Below, one piece after another: positions 10,792 to 22,575 of a stretch of DNA of 64,000 bases. Below the pieces are notes generated by a model. The model saw nothing but the letters and a program-made list of their open reading frames with translations. It searched no databases and had not been told where the DNA came from. The number at the start of each line of letters is the position of its first letter. The first letter of the stretch is position 1. The position numbers and the translations under genes are program-made. Source of the stretch: an uncultured Gammaproteobacteria bacterium (GTDB lineage: Bacteria; Pseudomonadota; Gammaproteobacteria; UBA9214); assembly GCA_963773065.1 (NCBI GenBank), contig CAVYZN010000017.1, positions 64,001-128,000 of the forward strand, given 5' to 3'.

Positions 10792-11135
10792 GACGGCCGT
10801 TGACTCATGCCCGCTTTTTTCGAATAAATCGCCTAGCTCGGGAAACCGTGGGGTTTTTATGCCCGGCCCCGCGCCACCCCGCCTTTTGATCCAGCCCGCA
10901 CGCGCGCGGAAAAACCCCACGCATGCACCCCATGACCCGTAACGGGATTTTGCGTATAATGCGGCGCTGAACCCGGCGTCCGCATGGAATTCATTACCCG
11001 CTGCCGCACCGCATCGGCGTAGCCAGCCATCGGACTCCGTCATCCGCCGTCTCCAGGAGATGCGCGGTAACACTCGATCTTCAAGACTACGCCCCAGGTT
11101 CTGGACATACCGCATTATTGTGTTTGAGTAGCCTT

Positions 11136-11456
11136 ATGTTGCCAAAACTGACACGTACGTTGACATCCTTGCTTCCCGTGGAAAATCACCGCACCGGAAG
11201 CTGCAACCAGTGCGGGGAGTGCTGCCGGCTGCCGTTCACGTGCATGTTTCTGCGCACCGGATCGGATGGCAAAAGCTATTGCTCCGCTTACCGGTTCAGG
11301 CCGCCCACCTGCCGCAAGTTCCCCCGCACCCGGGCCCAGCTCGACCTGGTCAGTGGCGTCTGCGGCTACTCCTTCGTGGAAGTGCCTCATTCCCAGCCGG
11401 CCTGCACGGCAAATGGTGATGACTGCCTCACCGCCCCGGTGACCGCCGAGAGTTGA
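11136..11456 (+). CDS. Small cysteine-cluster (YkgJ-like) protein
   Basis: CxxCGxCC, C.FL, C..Y..RP..CR.FP. Confidence 0.7.
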   Translation: MLPKLTRTLTSLLPVENHRTGSCNQCGECCRLPFTCMFLRTGSDGKSYCSAYRFRPPTCRKFPRTRAQLDLVSGVCGYSFVEVPHSQPACTANGDDCLTAPVTAES

Positions 11457-11613
11457 CAGCCGCCGGTGATATAGTGGTGCAGATGATCGGGGCGCCCAGG
11501 GAATTGGCGTACTCGGCGCGCTTGTATATCTGTTCCGGGGTCGGGGCGGTGACGTTCAGGTAGCCACCCTTGCGCTCACCCGTCTCGGCTTCGGCCTTGT
11601 GGATGGCCGACAT
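11455..11613 (-). pseudogene. cbbL: Fragment of a form IA (green-type) RuBisCO large subunit
   Basis: [42 protein letters not shown]; after a 1-nt slip it continues as (M)HHYITGG, matching the form IA GAPIIMHDY.TGG segment. Confidence 0.8.
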
Positions 11614-11647
11614 GACCTAAAAATGAATCCGCGTTTGGCGCGGTTAC

Positions 11648-12001
11648 TTAAGGTTTAGCGTCGCCGGCGGCGTTCAACACCTGCTGCAATGCATCCAGCG
11701 TCGATCCCATCACAAGACCCGCGTGCACGTGGTACAGGCATAGCTGGCAACGCACCGGTGCGTGCAACGCGCTGCGGCCGACGGTTTCGAACAGGTGCCA
11801 ACCGAGTACCGGTTGATCGTTACGCAGGCTGTCAACACACAGCCAAAACCGATCCTCAAGGATCATCTCGAGACCCCTGTGCCCCGGCAACGCGATGCGC
11901 AACGGGCTGCCGCTGCGCGCGAGCGAAAGGCGCACGCGGTTATAGCACGCAGCCTCAATTGTCTTGGGAAGGGAATGGAGTACACCAGCGGGAAGCGGCA
12001 T
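11648..12001 (-). CDS. Hypothetical protein, distal gene of the cbbLSX operon
   Basis: 117-aa ORF with AGGGAGG RBS, co-oriented and tightly spaced. Confidence 0.65.
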   Translation of the reverse strand: MPLPAGVLHSLPKTIEAACYNRVRLSLARSGSPLRIALPGHRGLEMILEDRFWLCVDSLRNDQPVLGWHLFETVGRSALHAPVRCQLCLYHVHAGLVMGSTLDALQQVLNAAGDAKP

Positions 12002-12013
12002 CGGTCGCCTCCC

Positions 12014-12331
12014 TTACACCTCGAGCACGTCGTCGTCAGGGTCAATCGCGGCGAGGTCGAGGTCGTGGCGCGCGATCGCATCACACAGATTACCCAATGC
12101 ATCGTGCAACGCGGCAACGCTGTCGTCGGCATTTGCGGCATGGCGCTCGCGTAAACGCTCAAGCAGCGCAAGCAGGCGATCGGTGAGGCGTCCATCGGAG
12201 TCAATCGGGCCGGGCGCCCAACCCACCATGTCAGCAATATCGGCAGCGGCCTGAACCAGTGTCGGCTGCGCCGCCACGTCGGGTACCGCCAGGAAGCGCT
12301 CGACTGCTTGCAGCAATTCCCCTGGATTCAT
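12014..12331 (-). CDS. Hypothetical protein downstream of cbbX
   Basis: ORF starts about 20 bp after the cbbX stop; acidic tail. Confidence 0.55.
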   Translation of the reverse strand: MNPGELLQAVERFLAVPDVAAQPTLVQAAADIADMVGWAPGPIDSDGRLTDRLLALLERLRERHAANADDSVAALHDALGNLCDAIARHDLDLAAIDPDDDVLEV

Positions 12332-12352
12332 CGGCGGTGCCCGCGGGTGCAA

Positions 12353-13324
12353 CTAACCCGGCGATAAGCCATTGGCGCCCTCATCTCCATCGAGATCGAG
12401 CGCGCCCTCGCGGAACACACGCGAGGCACGGATATCCTCGGCCTCGAGTGTCATGAGGTCGATCCGGGTCAGTTGTCTACCGCGGCGAGCGAATAGGCGG
12501 TTGGCCTGACGAAGACGCGAGCGATCCAGCGCATTGCGTACCGAACGCGCGTTGGCAAAGTGTGGAAGCTTCATGCGCAGTGGGATGTATTCGGCGAACG
12601 CTTGCTCGGCCGTGGGGCTGAACCGGTAGTTCTGACTCTCCAGCATGAGCTTGGCGATCGCCAGCAACTCCTCGGGCTTGTAGTCGGGAAAATCCACATG
12701 ATGCGCGATGCGCGAGCGCATGCCGGGATTGCTCTGAAAAAAACGATCCATCTTGTCCTTATAACCGGCGAGTATCACGACCAAATCGTCGCGATTGTTT
12801 TCCATCACCTGCAACAGGATCTCGATGGATTCCTGACCATAGTCCCGTTCGTTTTCGGGTTTGTACAGGTAGTAGGCTTCGTCAATAAACAGCACTCCGC
12901 CCATCGCCTTCTTGATGACCTCCTTGGTCTTTGGCGCCGTGTGGCCGATGTACTGGCCGACCAGATCGTCGCGCGTGACGGTGACCAGATGGCCCTCCCG
13001 CACGTAACTCAGCCGTTTGAGAATCTCACCCATGCGCATCGCCACCGTGGTCTTGCCGGTGCCGGGATTTCCGGTGAAGCACATGTGCAGCGTCGGCGCC
13101 ATGGAGGTGAGATTCAGCTTGCGCCGCAGGCGGTCCACCAGCAGCAGCGCGGCGATCTCGCGGATGCGCGTCTTGACTGGCTTCAAGCCGATCAATTCGC
13201 GGTCTAGTTGATCAAGAACTTCCTGGACGTTGGAGGCGCGCAGTTCGGCCTCGAGGTCAATTGGCGTATCCAGGGTAGAGGAATCCGGGCTTGGATCGCC
13301 GGACGCTCGTTCGTTGTTCGGCAT
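12353..13324 (-). CDS. cbbX: Red-type RuBisCO activase CbbX (AAA+)
   Basis: [38 protein letters not shown]. Confidence 0.96.
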   Translation of the reverse strand: MPNNERASGDPSPDSSTLDTPIDLEAELRASNVQEVLDQLDRELIGLKPVKTRIREIAALLLVDRLRRKLNLTSMAPTLHMCFTGNPGTGKTTVAMRMGEILKRLSYVREGHLVTVTRDDLVGQYIGHTAPKTKEVIKKAMGGVLFIDEAYYLYKPENERDYGQESIEILLQVMENNRDDLVVILAGYKDKMDRFFQSNPGMRSRIAHHVDFPDYKPEELLAIAKLMLESQNYRFSPTAEQAFAEYIPLRMKLPHFANARSVRNALDRSRLRQANRLFARRGRQLTRIDLMTLEAEDIRASRVFREGALDLDGDEGANGLSPG

Positions 13325-13378
13325 TGCTGGACTCCCCGTGAATCAAGAGCCGGCTGGGGCCCGATCCTGTTACGAGAG

Positions 13379-13411
13379 AAAACGCCGGGGGGCGTTCAAA
13401 CCGCCCCCCGG
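13379..13411 (-). terminator. GC-rich hairpin between cbbS and cbbX
   Basis: CCGGGGGGCG/CGCCCCCCGG stem followed by a short T run on the minus strand. Confidence 0.6.
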
Positions 13412-13424
13412 GGTGATAAGAGAC

Positions 13425-13859
13425 TTAATACCGCTCGCCTTCCGCCTTGTCCGTGGCATACGAATGCACGGTGTAACGGATGCTGCGTCCGTCCACTTCC
13501 TGACGCACCAGCCCGAAACCCGGCTCGTTCTTCGGTCGGTTGACGATGAACGACATGCGCGGGGTTTCCCAGCCGCGCGTGCTGTCGAATGCCGTTACGC
13601 GGATGTAATGACTCGGGAAGGTCTTGCGGCAGTTGTTGATCTCCATCAGTATCCCAGCGGGGTCCTTGAGATCGAACATCGGCATGCCGAACATCTCCCA
13701 ATAGGTGTTGCGCGGGTGCGGATCGTCGGTGTATTCGACGTTGACCGCCCAGCCGTTTTTCAACGCGTACTTGATCTGCGCGGTGATTTGCGCGTCAGTG
13801 AGATCAGGCAGGAACGAAAACTGACCCTGTGTGATCCGGTTGCCGTGATTGGTCATCAT
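13425..13859 (-). CDS. cbbS: RuBisCO small subunit, red type
   Basis: [30 protein letters not shown]-terminal beta-hairpin extension. Confidence 0.96.
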   Translation of the reverse strand: MMTNHGNRITQGQFSFLPDLTDAQITAQIKYALKNGWAVNVEYTDDPHPRNTYWEMFGMPMFDLKDPAGILMEINNCRKTFPSHYIRVTAFDSTRGWETPRMSFIVNRPKNEPGFGLVRQEVDGRSIRYTVHSYATDKAEGERY

Positions 13860-13880
13860 GATGATGTCTCCTCGATGTCG

Positions 13881-15434
<1,554 letters not shown>

Positions 15435-15449
15435 TCATGGTACTCTGGC

Positions 15450-15510
15450 AAAAGCATAAGTAAACTCAATATTTCTGATTGTTGTGATAATGTTTTACTT
15501 ATATAATTTA
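15450..15510 (-). promoter_or_regulatory. cbbL promoter with probable CbbR operator
   Basis: AT-rich tract with inverted repeat ATAAGTAAA...TTTACTTAT. Confidence 0.55.
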
Positions 15511-15583
15511 TCGCCCCGGCGGTACCGCTGATTCTCATACTGTGGCACCGTCGCTTCAGTGGGGGTAAATACCTGTCGGTTCA

Positions 15584-16504
15584 CTATCCAGCGTTTTTTT
15601 CGTGATCACCATCCTGGGGCAGCTCGTAGGCCGCCATGCTGGGCCGCTCAGGCTCCTCCGCCGCCACCGCCTGGCGTTGCCCGCGCCGGGCGAGGTGCTT
15701 GTCCAGGGCATCCGGCTTCCGCGCGATGGTCTCCTCGCCGAACATGATCTGGCGTATCATCCGGTCGCCAAACTCGAGCAGGGCAAGATCATCCGTGTAC
15801 AGCGCCTTGAGCGTCGTCGCGTCAACGTCGTAGGTTTCCTGGAAGCCTGCGCTCCTGACAAACTCGCGGAAGCGGTCGATGTCATAACAGGCCATGAAGA
15901 AGAACCGCAGGCTGGCCTTGGAAGGCGCACCGATGGTCGGACCGGCCGACTTCATCTTGAGGATCAGTTGCCGCCAACTGCGCCCACGCTCGTCATATTC
16001 CTCCAGCCCCTGCTCCTTGCGGTAGTCGGCAATGGAGATGGGACGGTCTTCCCGGTGGCCGTGACAATGCTCCTCGCGGACCAGCGCATAGGAGGCCCGG
16101 TCGAAATTCTCGTCCGCCCGGCGCAGCGTCAACAGGCCGATCGGGTAGTAGCGGCAGGCGGTCGGCCGGTCCTCGTAGACGCTGCAACCTTCGTCGGTGA
16201 CGAACTTGCATTCCATCGAGCCATCCTTGGTCATCAGCTTGACGCCGGCGATGCTGTTATTGGCGAATTCAAACGGCACCGTGTACGCCTTGAGGAATTC
16301 GCCGGAGGTCATGCCCAGCCGCGTTTTCAGCCGCAGGATGTCATACGGGGTCAGCATGATATCGATGGATCTGCAACAGGCGTTGAAGCAGTCGATGCCC
16401 TTGTAACAGCGGAAGTTGAACACATGAGTTTCATCCAGTTGCACCGGAAGCACCGGACTGGCGGGTATCGGTGTGTCTTTGACGTGGATCTTGTCGTCTG
16501 TCAT
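15584..16504 (-). CDS. YkgJ-family cysteine cluster protein
   Basis: FRC..GI.CFNACC, C.F, C.VY.DRP.ACRYYP. Confidence 0.85.
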   Translation of the reverse strand: MTDDKIHVKDTPIPASPVLPVQLDETHVFNFRCYKGIDCFNACCRSIDIMLTPYDILRLKTRLGMTSGEFLKAYTVPFEFANNSIAGVKLMTKDGSMECKFVTDEGCSVYEDRPTACRYYPIGLLTLRRADENFDRASYALVREEHCHGHREDRPISIADYRKEQGLEEYDERGRSWRQLILKMKSAGPTIGAPSKASLRFFFMACYDIDRFREFVRSAGFQETYDVDATTLKALYTDDLALLEFGDRMIRQIMFGEETIARKPDALDKHLARRGQRQAVAAEEPERPSMAAYELPQDGDHEKNAG

Positions 16505-16639
16505 CAGAACTGCCTCTAGTCAAAACAAGCTACGGTGCGCTCTGCGGCACTGCCAAGTGAAGGTGTATCGAGCAATCTAGCCCCTGCATAGCCCTTTTTC
16601 TACCTCCTGTAAAAAAAGGAATTAACCCGGCGCACAATG

Positions 16640-16671
16640 AAAAAGTCCGGACACCTCACGGCGTCCGGACT
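16640..16671 (-). terminator. Intrinsic terminator after aprA
   Basis: AGTCCGGAC...GTCCGGACT stem with T tract on the minus strand. Confidence 0.65.
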
Positions 16672-16713
16672 GGATTTGTCAGGGGACAGATTTCAAATCC
16701 GTCCCCGCTTGCC

Positions 16714-18696
16714 CTACTTGAACAGCTTCGACTTGTCGACCAGATCCACGTGGGCGCGCTTGAAGCAGGTCCACTTCTTGGACTCCTTGTCGTAGATGGA
16801 GTTGACGAAACACTTCCAGTTTTTCTCATCGATGAAGTTCTTGTCCATGCGATAGTAGAAACCCGGATAACGGCTTTCCTCGCGGAACTGGATATGCTTC
16901 ATGTGGGCTTCCGCCGTCAGGATGCGGTGGTAGTTCTCCCAGGCGCGCAGCAGCTCGTGCAGGTCCTTGGCGCGCATCTTCTTAGCGTCTTCCTTCAGCA
17001 TCTCCAGCTTCTCTTCCGCCACCTTGAGCATGTGCTCGTTGGTGGTGTAGTAGGTCGCCACACCGGCCACGTACTCGTCCATGATCTTCTGCAGACGGAA
17101 CTGCAGCATCTTCGGGGTGATGTAGTGCGGGTTGATGTCTATGGCCGTGGTGTAGTCCTTGTGCTCCAGGTAGGTCCTGACCGGCTGGTAGATCTCGGCG
17201 ACCAGATCTTCCACGGAAGTATCCAGCTCCGGCTTCCAGTCCTTGTTGTCGAGCGCGAACTTGACCATCGACTTGGCGCACATGCGGCCTTCGGCGTGTG
17301 AACCGGAGGAGAACTTGTGGCCGGAAGCGCCCACGCCGTCACCGGCGGTGAACAGGCCCTTCACGGTGGTCATGGAGCGGTAGCCCCAGTTCCAGCCCTT
17401 CGGCAGGTGCGCGGGCACGCCGGGCATCGCCTCGTCCGTCGGGGCGCCGAGGTCGGTCGGACCGGAAACCCAGATGCCGCAGCAACCGGAGTGGGAACCC
17501 AGCAGGTAGGGTTCGGTCGGCATCAGCTCGGAATTCTTCTTATCCGGCTCGATGTTCTCACCCACCCAGATACCGCACTGCCCGACGCACATGTCGAGGA
17601 AGTCTTCCCAGGCCTCGGCCTCGAGGTGCTTCACTTCGCGCGGTGTCAAGGTCTCGCGCAGCTTGGCGAGCGCGGCCACCGTATCCATGTAGATCGGGCC
17701 GCGGCCTTCCTTCATTTCCTTCAGCATGAGGTGGTTGCGCAGGCAGGAAGCGGGAACGGCCGCCTGACCATAGGGCGGATAGTCGTTCAGCATCTCCTTG
17801 TTGCGATCCATGTACACTTCGCCCAGGGCGTTAACGGCCTTGGCCTTGAACAGCAGGAACCAGGCGCCCACCGGGCCGTAGCCATCCTTGAAGCGGGCAG
17901 GCACGAAACGGTTTTCCATCATGGTCATCTCGGCGCCGGCCTCGGCCGCCATGGCGTAGGTGGAACCGGCATTCCAGACCGGGTACCAGGCACGGCCGGT
18001 ACCCTCACCCACGGAGCGCGGACGGAAGATGTTCACGCAACCGCCGGCGGCCAGCAGGCAGGCCTTGAATTTGTAGACGAACACCTTGTGGTCGCGCACG
18101 GAGAAACCGACGGCGCCGGCGACGCGGTTCTTGTCCTTCTTGTCGTTGACCAGCTTGACGATGAAGACACGCTCGTAGATGTTGTCCATGCCCAGGGCTT
18201 TCTTGGCGGCCTCGGCGACGATACATTTGTAGGATTCGCCGTTGATCATGATCTGCCACTTGCCGGAGCGCACCGGTTTGCCGCCGTCCTTCAGCGGGGT
18301 CAGACCCTTGGAACCGTCATGACGCTCACCGTTTTCGTCGGTCTTCCAGATCGGCAGACCCCACTCCTCGAACAGGTGTACGGATTCATCGACGTGGCGG
18401 CCGAGGTCGTAGGCCAGGTCGTCACGGGTGATGCCCATCAGGTCGTTGGAGACCATGCGGGCGTAATCGGCCGGGTCCTGCTCGGTGCCGATGTAGGTGT
18501 TGATGGCGGACAGGCCCTGGGCCACGGCGCCGGAGCGGTCCATGGCGGCCTTGTCCACCAGTTTGATCTTGAGATTCGTGCCTTCGGCCCAGCGCATGAT
18601 TTCAAACGCCGCGCCGCAGCACGCCATACCGCCACCGATCAGGAGGATATCAACCTCTTCCTGGATGACTTCTGGATTTCCGAATTCACCTGCCAT
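16714..18696 (-). CDS. aprA: Adenylylsulfate reductase alpha subunit
   Basis: RSGAVAQGLSAINTY, WQIMINGESYK, RFKDGYGPVGAWFL, GHKFSSGSHAEGR. Confidence 0.97.
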   Translation of the reverse strand: MAGEFGNPEVIQEEVDILLIGGGMACCGAAFEIMRWAEGTNLKIKLVDKAAMDRSGAVAQGLSAINTYIGTEQDPADYARMVSNDLMGITRDDLAYDLGRHVDESVHLFEEWGLPIWKTDENGERHDGSKGLTPLKDGGKPVRSGKWQIMINGESYKCIVAEAAKKALGMDNIYERVFIVKLVNDKKDKNRVAGAVGFSVRDHKVFVYKFKACLLAAGGCVNIFRPRSVGEGTGRAWYPVWNAGSTYAMAAEAGAEMTMMENRFVPARFKDGYGPVGAWFLLFKAKAVNALGEVYMDRNKEMLNDYPPYGQAAVPASCLRNHLMLKEMKEGRGPIYMDTVAALAKLRETLTPREVKHLEAEAWEDFLDMCVGQCGIWVGENIEPDKKNSELMPTEPYLLGSHSGCCGIWVSGPTDLGAPTDEAMPGVPAHLPKGWNWGYRSMTTVKGLFTAGDGVGASGHKFSSGSHAEGRMCAKSMVKFALDNKDWKPELDTSVEDLVAEIYQPVRTYLEHKDYTTAIDINPHYITPKMLQFRLQKIMDEYVAGVATYYTTNEHMLKVAEEKLEMLKEDAKKMRAKDLHELLRAWENYHRILTAEAHMKHIQFREESRYPGFYYRMDKNFIDEKNWKCFVNSIYDKESKKWTCFKRAHVDLVDKSKLFK

Positions 18697-18734
18697 TTTA
18701 ATTTCCTCTCAAAAGTGTTCTGACGTAACCGGAA

Positions 18735-19202
18735 TCAGACGCGGATCAGTTCGCCGCTCTTGCCTGGACGGTAGCCCTTTTCATTGGTGAAGAAGCCCGG
18801 CTGGTCGATCTTGGACATATCGACGGCCGGCTTGCCGGCGTAGGGCTCGATGGAGCCTTCCGGCGTGGTGCGGATCGGGAACTTGAAGCGCTTCAGGTTG
18901 CCGTTACGGAACTTGATGGTCCACATGATGGAATCGGAACCGCGCAACGGCTGTACCGAACCGCCCAGCGGAACGATGTCGGCGTAGTGGCGGGCCTCGA
19001 TGGCCTGCTGCGGGCAGATCTTCACGCAGGAATAGCATTCCCAGCACTGCTCGGGTTCCTGGTTGTAGGCCTTCATGGCATGACCGGTGGCGGAACCGTC
19101 CTTGTCGAGCATCATCAGGTCGTGCGGGCAGATATACATGCAAGCGGTCTTGTCCTGACCCTTGCAGCCGTCACACTTATCGGTACGTACAAATGTTGGC
19201 AT
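18735..19202 (-). CDS. aprB: Adenylylsulfate reductase beta subunit
   Basis: CDGCKGQDKTACMYICP and CWECYSCVKICP ferredoxin motifs; FKFPIRTT. Confidence 0.96.
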   Translation of the reverse strand: MPTFVRTDKCDGCKGQDKTACMYICPHDLMMLDKDGSATGHAMKAYNQEPEQCWECYSCVKICPQQAIEARHYADIVPLGGSVQPLRGSDSIMWTIKFRNGNLKRFKFPIRTTPEGSIEPYAGKPAVDMSKIDQPGFFTNEKGYRPGKSGELIRV

Positions 19203-19278
19203 GTTGTTTCTCCATCTTTGTAGGGTTACTGCAGTTAACATCCGTCGCCCGTCATCGGGGCAACGGTCTCTAGAGTCG

Positions 19279-20497
19279 TTACTTGGCGGAGTGTCCGCTC
19301 ATCTTGATCTCGACCTTCTCCTCATCCTTCAGGCCGGAGTAATACTCGCGCAGGATGGCGAGCACTTCCGGACGGGAAAACTTGTCGGAAACCGCTTCGC
19401 CTTCGGACAGGGACTTGCGCAGCTTGGTGCCCGACAGCAGGATCCGGTCCGCGGCCGCATGCGGGCAGGTCTTCATGGACGCCATGCCGTCGCACTTGTT
19501 GCACCAGAAGGTCCAGTCGATCTTGAGCGGCTGGGTTTCCAGCGCATCGGCCGGGATCTCGTCGAAATATATGGTGCGCATCGAACGGGCCGTAGTAGTC
19601 GCCCACGCCGGCATGGTCACGCCCCACGATCTGATGGGAGCAGCCGTAGTTCTGGCGGAACAGGGCGTGCAGCAGGGCTTCGCGCGGGCCGGCGTAGCGC
19701 ATGTCCAGCGGATAGCCCGCCTGGATGACGGTGTTGTCGGAAAAATAATTCTTGATCAGCACGCCGATGGCCCGGCTGCGCACATCGGCGGGGATATCGC
19801 CGGGTTTCAGCTTGCCGAGCAGTGAGTGGATCAGCACGCCGTCCAGCGTTTCGATGGCGATCTTGGCCAGATACTCGTGCGAGCGGTGCATGGGGTTGCG
19901 GGTCTGGAACGCCGCGACGGTATGCCAGCCGCGCTTCTGGAATTCCGCCCGGGTCTGCGCCGGGGTCATGAACTGTTTGCCGTAGGCTTCCGGGAAGCCG
20001 CCCTGGGAGAGGACCTTGATGGGGCCGGCCAGGTTCACGTCGCCCTGCTCCATCACCATCTTGACACCCGGATGCTCGGCGTCGGTGGTCTTGTAGACCA
20101 TCATGCATTCGTGCTTCTTGTCGATGCGATACTTTTCGGTGACCTTCATGGTGGCCAGGATGTCGCCGCTCTCGGAGTCGATCAGCGCGATGTCGTTGCC
20201 TTCCTCGATGGCGTTGGCGGTCGCTTCATCGGTCGACAGCGTGATGGGAATCGGCCAGAACAGGCCACTGGACATCTTCATGCCGTCACAGACGCCTTGC
20301 CAGTCCGCGTGGGTCATGAAACCGGTGAGCGGCGTGAAGCCGCCGATACCCATCATGATGATGTCGCCGGCTTCGCGCGAGGAAACCCTGACTTTGGGCA
20401 GACCTTTGGCGCGCGCCTTCTCGGCGGCCAGCGCGTCACCTTCGAGCAACAACGGCTTCAGATCACCGCCGCCATGCGGCTTAACTAAAGTTGACAT
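19279..20497 (-). CDS. sat: Sulfate adenylyltransferase (frameshift near 19570, probably an assembly error)
   Basis: [32 protein letters not shown]; C-terminus (SGTKLRK, FSRPEV) in another frame. Confidence 0.93.
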
Positions 20498-20846
20498 ACG
20501 ACTCCTTAACGCTGCGATGCGTATCCGATTCTCTTACTTCGCGAGATATCCCGGCTGCCGCGGGGATAAATGAACTACCCCCCGCCGAGTGTAGGGGGAA
20601 GATACGATATAGTTTTGCCCATAAAATGCCAACCAGTAATATCTAGCCAAGCATAAAGCCGGCTTATAATATTAAGCAATTGTTTTTAAAAATAAAAAAT
20701 GACATTTTCCATCAGCATTTACTAATGGAGACAAAACCCGCCGGGCTTGCCCAAGTTCGCTTCAGGCATTCTGCCCTCCCGCGACACTCGCACATCCCTG
20801 TGCATCGTCCCTGCACAAAACGCGGTCAAAGCCGGCATGGCCGGGT

Positions 20847-21635
20847 CTAGGCGCTGATCATCCGGAATCCGATCAGCGCCAGCACCAGGGCGAAGATCCG
20901 CCGCAGCACCGGGCGCGGCAGATGATGCGCCAGGCGGGCGCCGAGCGGCGCCGCGAGTATGCTGGTCGAGACGATACCGGCCACCGCCGGCCAGTAGATG
21001 AAACCGGTATTCATCCCGCCCGGTGCGTCGGCGCCCAGTCCGCCCACGGCAAACCCGGCTGCTCCGGCGATGGCGACGGGCAGTCCGCAGGCGGCCGCCG
21101 TGCCGACGGCGCTGCGGATATCGACCCGGTTCCAGAGCAGGAAGGGCACCGTCAGCGTCCCGCCCCCGATGCCCAGCATGGCTGAAACAGCGCCTATCAC
21201 TACGCCGGCCAGTCCCAGGTTCAGCGTCCCCGGCAGGGAACGGTGCGCCCCGGGTTGCCGGCCGGCCAGCAACTGCAGCGCGACCAGCAGCTCGAAGACT
21301 CCAAACAGCAGGCCCAACCCCGGGCTGGTTAGCTGCCCGGCCAGCCACGCCCCGCCCAAGGCGCCCAGCACGATGCCGGGCGTCATGCCGCCGACGGCCT
21401 GCCAGTGGATGCCGCCACGCCAGTGGTGGGACAGCAGCGAGGAGACCGACGTCGGGACGATGGTGGCGAGCGATGTGCCAATGGCGAAATGCATCAGGTT
21501 GACGGCAGGGAAACCCCGCAGGGAAAACACGGCGGCGAGCGCCGGCACGATCACCAGGCCGCCGCCGATGCCGAGCAGCCCGGCGAGCACGCCGGCGACG
21601 GCGCCGGTGCCGAGATAGGCCAGCAGTTCAGTCAT
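20847..21635 (-). CDS. TauE/SafE-family sulfite exporter
   Basis: Duplicated GIGGG motifs, AIGTSLA, hydrophobic; directly upstream of sat. Confidence 0.85.
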   Translation of the reverse strand: MTELLAYLGTGAVAGVLAGLLGIGGGLVIVPALAAVFSLRGFPAVNLMHFAIGTSLATIVPTSVSSLLSHHWRGGIHWQAVGGMTPGIVLGALGGAWLAGQLTSPGLGLLFGVFELLVALQLLAGRQPGAHRSLPGTLNLGLAGVVIGAVSAMLGIGGGTLTVPFLLWNRVDIRSAVGTAAACGLPVAIAGAAGFAVGGLGADAPGGMNTGFIYWPAVAGIVSTSILAAPLGARLAHHLPRPVLRRIFALVLALIGFRMISA

Positions 21636-21679
21636 CGTTGGCGGGTTCCCTGGTGGCGGGCGAGACGTTTGTTGTTAAG

Positions 21680-21760
21680 GTGAAAAGTGAGAAGTAATAA
21701 AGTGAGAAGTGGAAGAACAGAGTGTAATGGCCACGGAAGCACACGGAAAGACACGGAATA
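21680..21760. repeat. Stacked short repeats (AAGTGAG heptamers and three CACGGAA units)
   Basis: GTGAAAAGTGAGAAGT...AGTGAGAAGTG, then CCACGGAAGC ACACGGAAAG ACACGGAATA. Confidence 0.7.
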
Positions 21761-21771
21761 AAAAAGTGGAA

Positions 21772-22552
21772 AAGGGGTCAGTACCCTTTACCTCTACCTT
21801 CCACTAGACTATCAACGGACCTGGATCGAACAAGGATGTTCGCATGCCACGCAAGCCCCGATTCTATCTGCCGGGTATTCCGGCCCATGTGATTCAACGC
21901 GGAAACTGCCGACAGGCGGTTTTCTTTGACGACAGTGATTACCGCGCTTATCTGCAATGGTTGGCGGAAGGAACTGCGAAGCATGATTGCGTCATCCACG
22001 CCTATGTGCTGATGACGAATCATGTGCATCTGTTGGTCACGCCCTCCCACCCCCACGCCATCAGCCGGACCCTTCAATATGTCGGTCGCCATTACGTGCC
22101 CTATATCAATCATGTCTATGGCAAGAGCGGCACCTTGTGGGAAGGGCGTCATAAAGGTTGCATCGTCGACAGCGAGCATTATCTGTTCGCTTGCATGCGT
22201 TATATTGAACTGAATCCCGTACGGGCGGGAATGGTCGATAAACCCATCGATTACCGTTGGTCCAGCTATGCAGCCAATGCGGCAGGACAGCCTGATGCGC
22301 TTACGGTTCCGCACGCGCGATACCATGACTTGGGCGGGACTCCAGAGGCTCGGCAAATGGGGTATCGTGAACTGTTTCGCGCCGCACTGGAGCCGAACCA
22401 TGTGCATGATATTCGTACAACGGTTCAGACTGGTACGCCATTGGGTAATGATCGGTTTCGCCAGCAGATCGAGCAGACATTGGGATGTAAAGTCGGACAG
22501 TCCCGGCGAGGCAGGCCGGGAGGAGAACAAGGAAAAAGGGTACTGACCCCTT
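21772..22552. mobile_element. RAYT locus bounded by a perfect 18-bp inverted REP pair
   Basis: AAGGGGTCAGTACCCTTT (21772-21789) and AAAGGGTACTGACCCCTT (22535-22552); each is itself a small hairpin. Confidence 0.8.
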
Positions 22553-22575
22553 ATTTCAAGGATAGTAGCCGTTGA
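21844..22575 (+). CDS. REP-associated tyrosine (HUH/Y1) transposase
   Basis: HVIQRGN, LMTNHVHLL (HUH), YIELNPVRAG, WSSY. Confidence 0.9.
   Translation: MPRKPRFYLPGIPAHVIQRGNCRQAVFFDDSDYRAYLQWLAEGTAKHDCVIHAYVLMTNHVHLLVTPSHPHAISRTLQYVGRHYVPYINHVYGKSGTLWEGRHKGCIVDSEHYLFACMRYIELNPVRAGMVDKPIDYRWSSYAANAAGQPDALTVPHARYHDLGGTPEARQMGYRELFRAALEPNHVHDIRTTVQTGTPLGNDRFRQQIEQTLGCKVGQSRRGRPGGEQGKRVLTPYFKDSSR

Noticed and set aside
21731-21760. Three CACGGAA units as a possible CRISPR
   Set aside because: The period is only 10 bp, with no spacers and no cas genes.
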